From: Octopus bimaculoides
Lineage: Eukaryota
DNA: 41,255 nt
Direction of reading: 5' to 3'
Assembly (NCBI RefSeq): GCF_001194135.2
Contig: NC_068985.1
Coordinates: forward strand, 102,839,944 to 102,881,198
In this document: one piece after another, positions 13,590 through 26,671 of the stretch
How positions within the stretch are numbered: the first letter of the stretch is position 1
Layout: every line of letters begins with the position of its first letter
Notes under the pieces: model-generated
Database searches by the model: none
Seen by the model: the letters and a program-made list of their open reading frames with translations, nothing else
Told to the model about the DNA's origin: nothing
Position numbers and translations under genes: made by a program

Positions 13590-13780
13590 CACGAAAAAAC
13601 AACAGACGAAGACAGGTCGTGTAAACAACAAATGGATGTATTAATATAACGCTCGGGAATAGAGAAAGTCTGTAACGTTTCGAGCCTACGCTCTTCAACT
13701 CAAAGGAACACAGAAAGAAGCAAGAAGAGAAACAAGGAGAGAAAAATAATAAAATATATATATTTGGTGTTCGAATCTCG
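13590..13780 (-). mobile_element. Penelope-like element terminal fragment
   Basis: AACGCTC...AACGTTTCGAGCCTACGCTCTTC, homologous to the copies at 8745 and 23585. Confidence 0.5.
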
Positions 13781-14324
13781 CTGCAGTTGACGTTTATCAT
13801 CCTACATGTCCTATAAAGAAGATATAATATCAATCTTCCTGTGAAATCTGCGCAATTAATTATATACTCGTATACAACTTCTCCGAATTGTACCGATGTC
13901 AATAGAACTATCATTAGTCACTTAGGAGTAGGTGAACGGTGATACACACACAGAGAATTATATATAAATAATGTTAATACAGAGTGTATCAGAGCGGATA
14001 TGTCAGAATCGGGGCGTCAGAGAAAAATACTTATTTAGTTATGTCTGGTTTAGGTTCCTTTTTCTGTAGGTGCGGATTACCATTTAACGTACACTGCGGT
14101 CGATAAAATAGCAACTAGGCAACGCCCTTCCTTAACTATAGACAAAATCCAGTAAAATAATAATCGAACGTATGTGTGTGGATAACTGTGCGTCTGCGTG
14201 TGTGCAGATATATGCATGCATGTATATATATTAAATAGAACTACTCATATATCTGAGCTGCCCTATATTTCCAGCTATCTAACCATGTGTCTAAATAGCT
14301 GGGCCAGTTTCCTACTTGTCGGAA

Positions 14325-14520
14325 GCTAGCAGAATCGATAGCAAAACGAACGGAATGCTTAGCAGTATTTCGTTCGTCTTTACATTTTAAATTCAAATTC
14401 TGTCAGGTCGACATTGCCTAACATTATTTCGGGGTCAATAAAAATAAGTACCAGCAGGTCACTGGTGGTCGATGTAATCGACTTAACTACTCCTGGGTAA
14501 GAGTGTAAAAACTGCATCCC
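14325..14520 (+). mobile_element. SINE copy
   Basis: AGCTAGCAGAATCG...TCAAATTCTGTCAGGTCGAC...ATAAGTACCAG...GGTCGATGTAATCGAC. Confidence 0.75.
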
Positions 14521-15059
14521 ACTACCAAGCCATGTCAATCCAGTGTGGCCGAGTAGACTCATGAAACCAGTATGATCTCACGCTCAAATTCACGGCCCCC
14601 ACATCAGACCGTGGTTGGTGGAGAGAACACGCTGAGGCAATCAATCCAATGCATTATGCACCTTTGCACTTGCATCCATTTTGCTAAATGGTTTCTTGTC
14701 ATTCTCTCTTCTTATTTCCCTCGGTCTCTCTTGTTACTCTTTCTCTCTTCTTTCACTCACTGTACTTCATCCTCTATCTTTCTCTCATACAGCTACGTAC
14801 GCTAATCCAAACTCTCAGACATACACTAACACAAATCCACGTATATACTAACATACGCTATGTACAAATGCAAGAACACACACACATATATATATGAGTC
14901 ACTCGCTTATACATCTTCCCACCAATTCTCTCAATCTCTTCCTTTTCTCCATACATACTTACATACATATGTACATAAATATGTACATGCATGCATATAC
15001 ACATGGATACATACATGCATACATATATACGCACACACATACATACAAGTGCACACATC

Positions 15060-15063
15060 TCTC

Positions 15064-15102
<39 letters not shown>

Positions 15103-15327
15103 TCTCTCTATCTATCTATCTATCTATCTATCTATGTCTGCATTTTTGCCTTTCTATCTCGTACGAGTATATTTCTAATTTTCATTTTTCTTTTCATCTT
15201 CCATCTTTCTTTTCTTCGCTCTCATAACATTTTCTTCATGAGACGCCGCTCTCCTCCACCTTCGTCTCACTCACACTCTCTTTCCTTATATATAAATATA
15301 CCGATAGATAGATAAATAGATAGATAA

Positions 15328-15360
<33 letters not shown>

Positions 15361-15375
15361 TAGATAGATAGATAA

Positions 15376-15429
<54 letters not shown>

Positions 15430-15968
15430 CAATCAGAAGCAGTGTACCTGCTTACAACATTGTTAACAATCTCAATCACACAGCCTCTTTAGATATCCAT
15501 CCTTTCCTTCATGTTTCTTATTCCATAGCCAAGCTTATATGCCATTTAAGATCTAAGAACTTCTGTCTCTCCACTCCTCTTCCTTTTTTTCTTCTTTTTT
15601 CTTCATTCACTGAATCAGCTAAATGAAATACTAGAGCTTGTGGTTCACTTTCAAAGTATTTCGACTTCAAAGTTACCTTTTCTTCAGCACCTTTTAGTTA
15701 ATCGGGTTATATGTGATGGTAAAGATATATGTGTAAGCGTTTGTGAGTACATGTGCGTGTGTGCGCGCGAGCGTGTGTGCGCGCGAGCGTGTGTGCGTCT
15801 GTGTGTGTGTGTGTGTGTGTGCCTTAATAGATATTTAATCGTACATCTGCATAGATATAAAAATATTTATGGCATCATACATATATATATGTATATATAT
15901 AGATATAGATATAGATATATAGATATATATAGATAGATAGATAGATAGATTGATAGATAGATAGATTG

Positions 15969-16020
<52 letters not shown>
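15060..16020. repeat. (CT)n, (CTAT)n, (GACA)n, (GATA)n and (GA)n microsatellite cluster, representative of dozens across the window
   Basis: Directly visible. Similar (GATA)n tracts at 16822, 24092, 36786, 39427 and 40170. Confidence 0.9.
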
Positions 16021-16025
<5 letters not shown>

Positions 16026-16320
16026 CTTTTATGAATGCCAGCCATTTGGTGTTGCGGTCATACTGCGCACCACCGTGACTGTACCATTGCAGAGCCCTCT
16101 CGTAACGTTGATTGGTTCTGTGTGATAGAACTTCGTATCACAGCATTTGCAAATTTTGAGTTGTTGTTGTTTTGTTTTGTTTTGCTTTGTTTTCTCTGCT
16201 TGTCGGCTCATTTGTTGTACGAAGCAGTTTGATTTCGCCGCCTTCGTCTGTACTTCATATCAAGACACTGGTTCATCTGGTATGGTGGATAGGAGAATGT
16301 CCAATTTCTTTTTTTTTAAG
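16020..16320 (-). mobile_element. 3' end of a CR1-group LINE (ORF2 tail plus 3' UTR)
   Basis: Minus strand reads KKKLDILLSTIPDEPVS*YEVQTKAAKSNCFVQQ (cf. KLD.FLS.IPDEP...AA.SNSL..Q). It ends in GGTGGTGCGCAGTATGACCGCAACACCAAATGGCTGGCATTCATAAAAGAAATA next to a (GA)n/(GATA)n tract. Confidence 0.75.
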
Positions 16321-16819
16321 ATACCACATCCACGTTATATACATTTTTAAATTCTTTTGGTGGAACATTGTACAGATTATAAAAACGCGTAAGCTATATA
16401 TTCATGTGCATACACACGTGTGCATATAAACATATATATATATATGTGTATAAATATCTATGTCGGTCATAGATGAATAATATTATGTGCACGAAATATA
16501 TTGCTAAACATCAGCACAGCTATATAGCTCTTACACATACGTATTAAAAGCTTAGGTATACTTGTTGATACAAGCACGCATAAAAAATATACGCTCATAT
16601 ACACACAGTAAATCTCAAAACACATAAATATGGGTGATCAGTGTTTGTAATGCATATGCATATATATGTGTGTGGTGTGTCCTTGCGGGTGTCTATGTAT
16701 GTGCACGCACGTGTGTGTGTGTGTACGCGCGTGCGTATGTGTGTGTGTACATATATACCTCGTAAATCATATTTTATCATCGCTTGCACACAAACGATGG
16801 GTGTATAAATACAAATGCG

Positions 16820-16885
<66 letters not shown>

Positions 16886-18419
16886 TGTAGGAAGTTTGGC
16901 ATACATATATACAAATGTCATATAGTATATATTTATGTGTAAATACATACATATATATATATATATATATAGGCACGTATATTGGCAAATGACTTCCTGA
17001 TTACATTCTGAAAAGTTAATTAAATTCTTACTGAAGCACGATTAAATGTCACTAGCTTTCAGCTTTGCTGAAGGATATCCTTGTCTAAGTTCAAGTCTTT
17101 TTTACTATTTTTATTAAATCTTCTCAGCAAATATATNNNNNNNNNNNNNNNNNNNNNNNNNNNNNNNNNNNNNNNNNNNNNNNNNNNNNNNNNNNNNNNN
17201 NNNNNNNNNNNNNNNNNNNNNNNNNNNNNNNNNNNNNNNNNNNNNNNNNNNNNNNNNNNNNNNNNNNNNNNNNNNNNNNNNNNNNNNNNNNNNNNNNNNN
17301 NNNNNNNNNNNNNNNNNNNNNNNNNNNNNNNNNNNNNNNNNNNNNNNNNNNNNNNNNNNNNNNNNNNNNNNNNNNNNNNNNNNNNNNNNNNNNNNNNNNN
17401 NNNNNNNNNNNNNNNNNNNNNNNNNNNNNNNNNNNNNNNNNNNNNNNNNNNNNNNNNNNNNNNNNNNNNNNNNNNNNNNNNNNNNNNNNNNNNNNNNNNN
17501 NNNNNNNNNNNNNNNNNNNNNNNNNNNNNNNNNNNNNNNNNNNNNNNNNNNNNNNNNNNNNNNNNNNNNNNNNNNNNNNNNNNNNNNNNNNNNNNNNNNN
17601 NNNNNNNNNNNNNNNNNNNNNNNNNNNNNNNNNNNNNNNNNNNNNNNNNNNNNNNNNNNNNNNNNNNNNNNNNNNNNNNNNNNNNNNNNNNNNNNNNNNN
17701 NNNNNNNNNNNNNNNNNAGATAGATAGATAGATAGATAGATATGTAGGAAGTTTGGCATACATATATACAAATGTCATATAGTATATATTTATGTGTAAA
17801 TACATACATATATATATATATATATATAGCGTATGTGCGCTATTGTGCGTTAGAGATCATTTCTTGTCAAGGCAATTAGCTGTAGAATACGATTATTATT
17901 TTTCAGACTATTAAACTCCATCTTCAGAGATGAAAGATATTTTCAATACTTAGATGTGCATTACCTTTTGATCGTTTTGATCTCTGATTGTAGATAGGTG
18001 TCTTATTTCTGGACGTATATATAGCAAGTTACTGCATTAAAACTTGAACCTTCCTTTTTTTTTTTTTTTAATTTCTAAACTGAGGGTAGTGACGTTCTTC
18101 GCCATTTATGGCCACTTTCACACACACACACGAACACATACATATGCGAATCAATCATATAGTAGATAAGTGAGTTACTAACATTAGTTCATTAATTTAG
18201 AAATCAAGTTTCCGAGACTGAATAGAATATTTAAAACGTTTTGTATCTCTAAAGATGACATTAATAACCCGAAAAAATAATTATCGTATTAACTATAAAC
18301 TCATTGCTGACATTTAGACCAAACCTGTACATATTTGAACGATTTGTTTCTGTCCCCAGCTTTCTGAGTTTAACCCTGATATGACCCTCAGCCCATTTGG
18401 GTTGAAAATTGTGATAAAG

Positions 18420-18665
18420 TCGTTGTCATAAATAGTTATCAAAACTTTGCCATAAACACTTATCAACACAATGTTGGAAATAGTTATCATGACGGTGCCA
18501 TAAATCGTTATCAACACTATGTCGTAAATAGTTATCAACACAGTGCCATAAATATTTATCAACACGATGCTGTAAATAGTTAACATGCTGCTATAAATAA
18601 TCATCAACTCGGTGCCTTAAATAGTTATTAGAACAGTATCGTCAATAGTTATTAAGACAGTGCCA
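18420..18665. repeat. Degenerate 24-bp minisatellite (about 10 units)
   Basis: Unit approx. AAATAGTTATCAACACWGTGCCAT; produces the 8-aa periodic LITIYGTV ORF on the minus strand. Confidence 0.85.
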
Positions 18666-19049
18666 TTTTCTGTTATAATGTTGTATAGTTGCTGAGTGAT
18701 GAGTGATGGTTTTTTACAGTTTAAAATACTGGTCTTAAATCATCGTATATATTAGTCTCAAACTAGAAAGAAAGGAATATTATCAGGTTGATTTACCCAA
18801 TAGACTCCACGGAAACATGGAATTCTACGTTCAAGTAAGTTGAAGATAAATCTAGTCTTATTTTGCATGGCCTTGGACTCTCAACACTGTAATGGAGTCA
18901 TAAGAGCACCGTCGTAATATAAGCTGTGTCTTGACTGATTTTACACCAGGTAAATTGCAATATTCCCCAGGTTTCACCACAGCTGATTTCTTCCAAATCA
19001 GAAAGCCAGACAAATCGGCAAGTTGAGGGGAAACAGAATAATCTATCAC

Positions 19050-19690
19050 AGTACAAGACTAATACTATATTTATCGACTCCGAAAGACCAACAAGCAAAG
19101 AGTACCTCGACAGGGCTTGAACTACGACTGTAGAGAGCCGGATGTGCAGTTAAGAAGTTCATTACAAACCAATACCGCTGGGCAACAGCTTTGGTATGTC
19201 TTGGTTTTCATTCTAAGGATATCTTGTTCCTCCCATATCGGGGACCCTGAAAAACGTCAAGAGCGCTTCACTTCATCTTTTCTGTATATGGGTGTGCGCA
19301 CGCTTGCGTGTGAGTGTTTGTGCGCGTATGAGTGCGTGTAGGTGTGTGTGTATGTATGCATTGACAGATGTTTTGTACTTGCCTGAAAGGACGATGAATA
19401 GGCAAAGTCATTAGAGAACCAGGAATAGGATGGTTTGCAGTGTTTGCTTCATCTCTCTACTCTCTAAGTCCAAGTTCTGCTGTGGTTAATAACTCTTATT
19501 TTTCCAGGACAGATAAGTATATTGGTTTCAAATTTTGGCACAAAGCATCAGATTTGGGGGAAAGGGAGATAATTAAATACATCGATCTCAGAGCTCTTAC
19601 TTCATCGACGTCGAAATGAAAGAAGGAAAAGTCGACCTCAGCGGAATTTGAACTCGGAACGCAACGATGGACAAAATGCCTCTAAGCATT
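19050..19690. mobile_element. Cluster of degenerate SINE pieces in both orientations
   Basis: Minus pieces at about 19050-19180 and 19520-19690 (GTCGACCTCAGCGGAATTTGAACTC); plus piece at about 19430-19520. Confidence 0.6.
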
Positions 19691-20203
19691 TTGACTGTAA
19701 AATATTAACAGTCTGGAATTAATGGAGACATACGTGATAACCTGCCCTGTCTATTACTGTTCCTTATATACCAAGTCCATATTCTTCGTCTCACTGGAGT
19801 CCAATTAGGAAAACACATTTTGCGAAGCACTGGCATAGAGTCCAATGTAAAAACTGTGGGAGAGGTGGGGAGAGAAGAGATACAGAAAGAAGAGAGGGGG
19901 GGGTTATAGTGTCTTTGAAACACCACTGTACTCAAAACATCATAAGGTGTTGTGAGTTGATAAGAACTTAATGTATTCGCATACACATGCATATATATAC
20001 ATGAATGTGTGCACATATATTTGCTTATGTGTGTGTGTTCCTACATACTGTACAAATATTTGTGCCAGCATTCATTTATGTATATACAATATATGTATAC
20101 AAATATGTGTTCGCATATGCGTGTGGGTATATATATATGTGTGCGTGTGAGTGTGTATGTATGTACACGTATATATATATAGAATATTACACTTCTATAT
20201 ACG

Positions 20204-20252
<49 letters not shown>

Positions 20253-21461
20253 ATGTGTGTGTGTGTGTGTGTGTCTGTAATATTAGGGCGTGTGAAGGCG
20301 AGATAACTATATATATGCACATACAAATATGTATATATATATATATATANNNNNNNNNNNNNNNNNNNNNNNNNNNNNNNNNNNNNNNNNNNNNNNNNNN
20401 NNNNNNNNNNNNNNNNNNNNNNNNNNNNNNNNNNNNNNNNNNNNNNNNNNNNNNNNNNNNNNNNNNNNNNNNNNNNNNNNNNNNNNNNNNNNNNNNNNNN
20501 NNNNNNNNNTATATATATATATGTTTATATGAGCATATATATATGTACATATATATAAATGTGTGTGTGTGTGCATGCGGCCATTTATATTCATAAGCAT
20601 ACATCATAGACGCACGCATATAGACTCAAAAACCTGTGTAATCCTAAACCAAATATACCAGTTTCTTTTTATTTATTTTCTTTGTATACCTCGTCTACGA
20701 TACTTAATTTTTTCCCTTCATTTCAATTTTTTTTTTCAAATATTTTCCTCACCCAGAATGTTTTTATTTCTTCTTTTTTTTTTCCTTATCAATTCCGATT
20801 TCACTGATCCAAAGCAAAGCATAGAATAGAAACGGAAACCAAGTCTATGGAATTTCGGGTTCTGTTTTCTATATCCTGTTTTTGTAATGATCAGCCGTAA
20901 AGTAACCGCTGGTCTCAGTTTTTAATATATTCCTTGTATATTGGGCAGAACACCCGATGCGTTCCATTACTTTGATCTTGCGTCAGCAAACTCCAAAGAG
21001 ATTGCTATGGAAACGTGTTGTATGGAAATGCGAAATGGAGATGAATATGTTTATATTTGTACACGTGTGTGTATACGTGTATATGCGATTGCTTCACTGC
21101 TTGTCTGTATACGACTGTATGTCATCCTATGATCATGATTCCGTGATGCTTTGACCATAATAATGTGTGAAAAAATCTTTTTTTTTTCCTGTCTGTGTGT
21201 ATGCATTTGACATTGTTCTTGTGTTATGCTCTCCGTGTATTCGTCTATTTTGGAAAGTATTTGCATTTGAAGTGTGTCTACCTGATTTTGTGAGACCCTA
21301 TGATAATACACGCCCGTACGTCGTTTGTTCTGTCATCATAGCTGGCCTATCCACACTTTCATTCTACCTATGTCCAGGAGTATTTATGATGACGACAATA
21401 ACGATGATGATGATGATGATGATGTTCGTGTGTGTGTGTGTGTATGAGTGTGAGTATATGC

Positions 21462-21506
<45 letters not shown>

Positions 21507-21614
21507 TGTGTGTTTGTGTGTGTATAAAGCATTATTAATAAGGGAATATCAATAGACTGATTGAGCACATTGAACCATGAATGCACCTAAAATATATATC
21601 AGAAACAGCAGTAA

Positions 21615-21715
<101 letters not shown>

Positions 21716-22428
21716 GGCAGACAGACAGACATACAGATAGACATGATAATAACAGAGAAGCACTAAATGGTGCTATCTTACATGTTTATTTTATATGCAT
21801 ACCAGTAACTCCTATTAAGTAATGAAACATATGTAATAGATAATAAATAATACTACATATATATATATATATGCGTGAATGAATGTGTGTATGTGTGTGT
21901 TTGCCTGTGTGTGTATTCTAATTATAATCTGCTGCTTGCCTCCTTTAATCGTTTGAGCAATTAAGATAGTCAACCTCAGAAAACAGCGGAAACGGGCTGT
22001 GAGTAGAGTATCTAGGATTATACTGAATTATTAAGTGGCATGAGTGAGGTTTGAACTTTATGGAAATGAGATCAGTGAAGTATTCAATCATCGGTTATGA
22101 ACTGATGTAAGAATCACAACATTGGTTTAATTAGTTAATCAGTATTTCGAGTGATGCTGCCAGATAAAGATTTAGTCATATCAAGCAAGCGATGCGGTGA
22201 GATAATCACCGTTTAAGCTACTCATTAGATGGATGTCATCGAACTTGGAACGACTGTGGATATCACTGTATACATTCTCCAAAACTTGAATAAATAAAAG
22301 ACGGTGAAAATTGTGCTTGCTTTGCATGTATGTGATTTTCTAAACGAAAGAAAGAGAGAAGAAAGAAGCACCATCGTAATCGTAAGGTATATGCATACAT
22401 ATCGATCTATGATTATCCACACACACAC

Positions 22429-22465
<37 letters not shown>

Positions 22466-23260
22466 NNNNNNNNNNNNNNNNNNNNNNNNNNNNNNNNNNN
22501 NNNNNNNNNNNNATATATATGCATTTATATATATTGAGAGAGAGAGAGAAGTGATATAGCAGAGAGAGAGAAAGAGAGAGAGAGACGGGTTTATGAAGAT
22601 AATGACAAATTTTAACAATGCCTAGGTCTTTCAAAGTTCAGTAATTTGACTTTCAGATAACAGCTGTTTCGCCCAAACAGTTGAAATGATGCTGGAAGTC
22701 ATGTCTTTAAATTGAACAGCTGCATAATCGGAACTAATAATTAAGCAATACAACGCTCACACTCCAAATACATACTCACACACATACATACAGCACATAT
22801 ATATATATATATACACACACGGTTTTACTCTTTCATATACGTATGTGTGTATGCGTGTGTCTATATTATATGTATAAACACATACATATATATATGTATA
22901 TATGTATGTGTGTATATATGCGCATATATATATATATGTGTGTACACACATGCTTACATATATATATATATATGCTTATTTATTCATACACACAAAAGTG
23001 CAAAGACTGAGACAGACATGCATATGTATATAGTTCGTATAAATAATGTTTGTGTGTTGGACAGAAGAGAATAATCGATACATCATATTCACTCAGACTT
23101 TTATTGATGCAGCCTTCCAAATTCATATACACACAGATATATATACAAAGACACAAAACCCCACACGCACGCACACACACACACACACACATACATACTC
23201 ATAAGCATATAGACGTACACAGACAAATATTTCATACACACACATACACACACACACACA

Positions 23261-23346
<86 letters not shown>

Positions 23347-23584
23347 GAGAAATTTCTACATTTTATATGGATTATATTTTCATACAAAATATTTTCATAC
23401 AGCACAATATTAATTGGCTTCGTTAAGATCTGAACACATAACCTTTAGATTCGTGCATTGATTTCTGAAATGCCTGTCAGCTTATCTATCGACGTATCTG
23501 TCTGTGTGCCTGTCTATATACCTGTCGAAATAATTGTACGTTCATAGCATTTTCTGTGTAGGAATATATTTATATATAGTGAAT

Positions 23585-23780
23585 CCAAACAAGGAAGAAC
23601 AAACAAGAAAAAACAACAACGCGAGGATGTAATACAAGTAAAGTATTATCAGACGCTCAGGAAAAGAAGGAAAGAGGATTTAACGTTTCGAGAAAAGTTC
23701 TTCTTCAGAAATAGAGGAAAGTCCAAAAGAAGGGAAGGCAGAGGGAGAAAATCGCCAACGATACACACGTGGCTACATTT
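23585..23780 (-). mobile_element. Penelope-like element terminal fragment
   Basis: GACGCTCAGGAAA...AACGTTTCGAGAAAAGTTCTTCTTCAG; same family as the other two copies. Confidence 0.5.
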
Positions 23781-23919
23781 TGGAATATATACATACATAC
23801 ATACATACATACATACATACATAGATGTATACATATATACATACATATATACATACATATATACATACATATATTCGTACATGCATACATGTATGTATGT
23901 ATATATATGTATGTTTGTA

Positions 23920-24089
23920 TCTTTCATCTTTTACTTGCTTCAATCATTTTACTGCGATCATGGGGCACTTGTCTTGGAAAATTTTAGTAGAACGAATTGA
24001 CCCTCTACTATTTTTATAAGCATAGTATTTATTCCATCGACCTTTTTTATATCGAACTGCTACGTTATGGGACATAAACACACCAACAC

Positions 24090-24090
<1 letters not shown>
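23920..24090 (-). mobile_element. SINE 3' half, degenerate
   Basis: Reverse complement of the ...GGTGTGTTTATGTCCC...CAGTTCG...AAGTAAAAGA 3' module seen at 37740-37925. Confidence 0.65.
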
Positions 24091-24165
<75 letters not shown>

Positions 24166-24802
24166 GAGTACTTATTTCATGTGTATATAGATGGATGGTT
24201 ATTGTATGGCTATGCTGTGTCATCTAATTAGGAGCTGATATTTTTCTGTTTATTCCAATTACCTAGTGGGACTCGTTCCAACAGTACTTCATGAATTGGC
24301 ACAAACTTCTCATTATTCATGTCTCTACCTACAGGTGTATTACACTTACCTATGGACATTTCTCTCTGTTCTATATACATTTCAGTTCTCTTTCTCACAC
24401 ACCCTCTAATTATACGTATATATGTCTATACGTGTGTATTAATGTGCGTTTACGTATATCTGTGTGCATATATACACACAAACACACACAGACACACACA
24501 CAGACACACATACACATATGGTGGAGTAACATATATATGCAGTTATGATAATTTAGGTTTATAAATACAACTTTGAAGTTGTATGTTTGTATCTTTTTGC
24601 GTGTGCATATCTATACATACATACAGACGCACACACATGCACACACACACAGATATATATGGGTGTATGTGCGTATATATATGTGTGTGGGTGCGTATAT
24701 ATATATATATATGCGCCTGTGTGTGTGTGTATCTACATATATATTTATATGCATGCACATATAGATATGTGTGTATGTGTGTATAATATATATATATATA
24801 TA

Positions 24803-24869
<67 letters not shown>

Positions 24870-24899
24870 GTATGTACATACATATCAATGGCGACTCCA

Positions 24900-25400
24900 G
24901 CACTCAGGCTGTTCGAGCTTAGACCGAGTGTAAATTTAGTAAAGTGAAGTGTAATTTCAAGCTGAATTAATTTCTGCCAACGCTGACTTCAAGTATGTAA
25001 TTTCAGCCAATAACTCGGGCTCCTTTTATTGAGCTTCGTCGCAGTTCATTTATTTTCCTTCAGCGTCTGGCGGTGTCTGAGAGGTGCCCTGTATCAAAAA
25101 AATATCATTTGTAGCAGATCTTCTCTCGACATCGTTCGCACACGTCTGACTCGGTCTCAGAAGTTACAACCCGAGTTGTTATCTATAATCGTAAAAATTA
25201 AAAGTAATTCAAATTCACTTTTAAATTGAAACAATAAATTTCTATAGAGATTAGGATTTAAATTCCAATCCATGAAAAGTTCCCGTTCTACAATATCCTT
25301 AAAGGAACGAAAAGTGATCCAGCAACTCGGGCTAATACGAACGAGCCTGGTAGGTGTAAAAAAACTAACTGGCATCTCTTGTCAAAAATACAGGTGACAG
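24900..25400 (+). promoter_or_regulatory. Candidate promoter/5' UTR region of the downstream gene
   Basis: Microsatellite-free and visibly CpG-richer. Five ACTCGG/CCGAGT hexamers, a kB-like GGGAACTTTTC on the minus strand near 25275-25285, and a possible donor CAG|gtgaca at 25393. Confidence 0.3.
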
Positions 25401-25730
25401 TCTGGTCGCTGTTGTTTGTTGTGCACTCTTCTGTTATTCTGTGCGTCTGTGTGTAAAGATCAATTGTGTTTTGCAGGCTTGCTTTATTTTTACCCTTAAC
25501 CTAGAAACGGAGAAAGACGTAGTGCTGGATATTTAAAAAAATTGGCCATTTGGGGATAGAAATATTACGGTAAAACCTGAAATTCTTCTAGCAGGCATGT
25601 GTTTTACGTGAAATCTATGAACCGGGGTGAAGCTGATGACCTGGAGTCGCCTCTGATATATATGTGTCTGTGTTTTTGTGTAGGAATGTGTGTGGTGTGT
25701 GTGTATGCATATACGGTCATAGCAGAAACG

Positions 25731-25761
25731 ATGCTTTGGTTTCAGTTGTTCTTAACCCTGA
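25731..25761 (+). CDS. Possible first coding exon (MLWFQLFLTL, signal-peptide start)
   Basis: ATG in gaaacgATG context, hydrophobic codons, phase-1 donor TGA|gtaaca. Joins 26219 to give MLWFQLFLTLIANESLS. Moderate splice signals only. Confidence 0.3.
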
Positions 25762-26218
25762 GTAACAGGAGTGCGAAATTAAACGACTTAGTTTGTTGTT
25801 ACGTCACTATCCATTCTGAGTGCAAACCAGCATATTATTCTTCATAGTGTTAACATGTATAAAACAAGTATGATGATGTGCAGAGTTCTATTCAACCAAG
25901 TATTGAACATGTACATAATGTAACGCACAAATGCCTTTAGTTCTCATCTTGGTTAAGTTCAGTGTGTCGCAGTAACAAGATCAAACCCATAGTTGCCTCG
26001 ACTTTCGTTCCCACTGTTTCCATGCTTCCAGTCAATAGTGTATATTATGCTAAGCAGTTCCTAGAGATTGTACTTAATTGTTGTTAGGTGGACATAGTCA
26101 TTTTTGTTATAGTATCTTGATCATAGACACAATGCATCACTCTTGTCGTGATAAGAAGCAGCTAGTCTTCAGTAGCCTGTCCGACATCTTATCGATTCTT
26201 CATTATTCTTAATTTTAG

Positions 26219-26271
26219 TTGCAAATGAATCTTTAAGCAACATAAGTGTCTTGATTAAATCCATAAAGATG
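26219..26271 (+). CDS. Possible coding exon (phase 1-0), ANESLSNISVLIKSIKM
   Basis: Strong acceptor ttcttcattattcttaattttag|TT. Donor ATG|gttatt is moderate. Open amphipathic frame. Confidence 0.4.
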
Positions 26272-26483
26272 GTTATTTCATAAGTCAGCATTAATTTAAC
26301 GCCAATGTGTAAACATTACACACAATTCCTAGTTATAGAGTTAATACAGAAATAAATATGTAACTTTTAGTTACGCTGTCTTCTACATATTCTACCAGTA
26401 ATAAATCAGAAAACAAAATAACCATATTCTTAACACTGCAGTTAACAGACATTCTGCGGAGAATAGTCTTTCATTATTTTCAG

Positions 26484-26535
26484 GAAGTTCGAAACAAAAA
26501 AGAAGTGAAATATATTCTAAGATAAACAACAGGTG
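26484..26535 (+). other. 52-bp exon-like segment with strong splice sites but not frame-preserving (poison exon, frameshifted coding exon or UTR exon)
   Basis: tctttcattattttcag|GAAG...GGTG|gtgagt. Phase 0 reads EVRNKKEVKYILR*. It is followed by a 96-bp GT-AG intron-like segment to 26631. Confidence 0.5.
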
Positions 26536-26631
26536 GTGAGTTTTTATAATGTTAGATTTTTTTTATTATGACTCTTCCTTGATATAACAATATTGCTTTC
26601 AACGCACTATTTCTGTTCAAAATTATTTCAG

Positions 26632-26671
26632 AATTCAAACTCGAAAGAAGAAAACAAAAATATTCGAGTGG
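26632..26671 (+). CDS. Possible coding exon (phase 0-1), NSNSKEENKNIRV
   Basis: aattatttcag|AAT...GTGG|gtagat. The phases bridge 26271 (phase 0) to 27700 (phase 1). Donor is weak. Confidence 0.3.

Noticed and set aside
25272-25397. 41-codon ATG ORF MKSSRSTISLKERK... as first coding exon
   Set aside because: No signal-peptide character, and its best donor is phase 2, incompatible with the downstream exons. It may be a uORF.
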